Origin: Bilabrum cf. latius
Taxonomy: Eukaryota
NCBI GenBank assembly: GCA_965178125.1
Contig: OZ237743.1
Span: forward strand, 1,054,001-1,118,000
Direction: 5' to 3'
DNA: 64,000 nucleotides
Below, in pieces: positions 63,964 to 64,000 of the stretch. The translations under genes were made by a program, and so were the position numbers. The notes under the pieces are model-generated. The model was given only the letters and a program-made list of their open reading frames with translations. It was not told where the DNA came from and searched no databases. Every line of letters starts with the position of its first letter. Positions within the stretch are counted from its first letter, which is position 1.

Positions 63964-64000
63964 GTGAGTTTCGCTTGTGGGCCTCTCCAGCGGCTGCGGG

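Overview
Gene-dense, GC-rich nuclear DNA from a flagellated microbial eukaryote. It has short GT-AG introns (donors mostly GTGAG), ~150-320 bp divergent intergenic gaps and an axonemal dynein. A heterotrophic stramenopile-like protist is my guess only. The main discovery is that the genome does not use the standard genetic code. Most genes are interrupted by in-frame TAG codons, never by in-frame TAA or TGA, and every complete gene model ends in TGA or TAA. TAG sits at positions that are invariant Gln in BUD23, DPM1, acyl-CoA thioesterase II and papain-family proteins, and it aligns with CAG in two in-window paralog pairs. This indicates UAG=Gln with UAA and UGA kept as stops. Read that way, the fragmented ORF track collapses into about 22 genes: an F-box-like/TRAF-zinc-finger protein, an SPFH protein, three tandem papain-like pseudoproteases lacking the catalytic triad, two low-complexity proteins, a sulfatase, a secreted low-complexity protein, an FkbM methyltransferase, an intronless 4823-aa DNAH10-type dynein, a conserved 2-TM protein, a thiol/halide methyltransferase, BUD23, two inverted ankyrin-like paralogs flanking an ACOT8-like gene, a TauE transporter, a CaMKK-like kinase, a possible TFIIA-gamma, DPM1 and the start of a Snf7-like gene. 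All models were assembled by hand and no database search was run. No tRNA, rRNA, CRISPR array or transposon was recognised.
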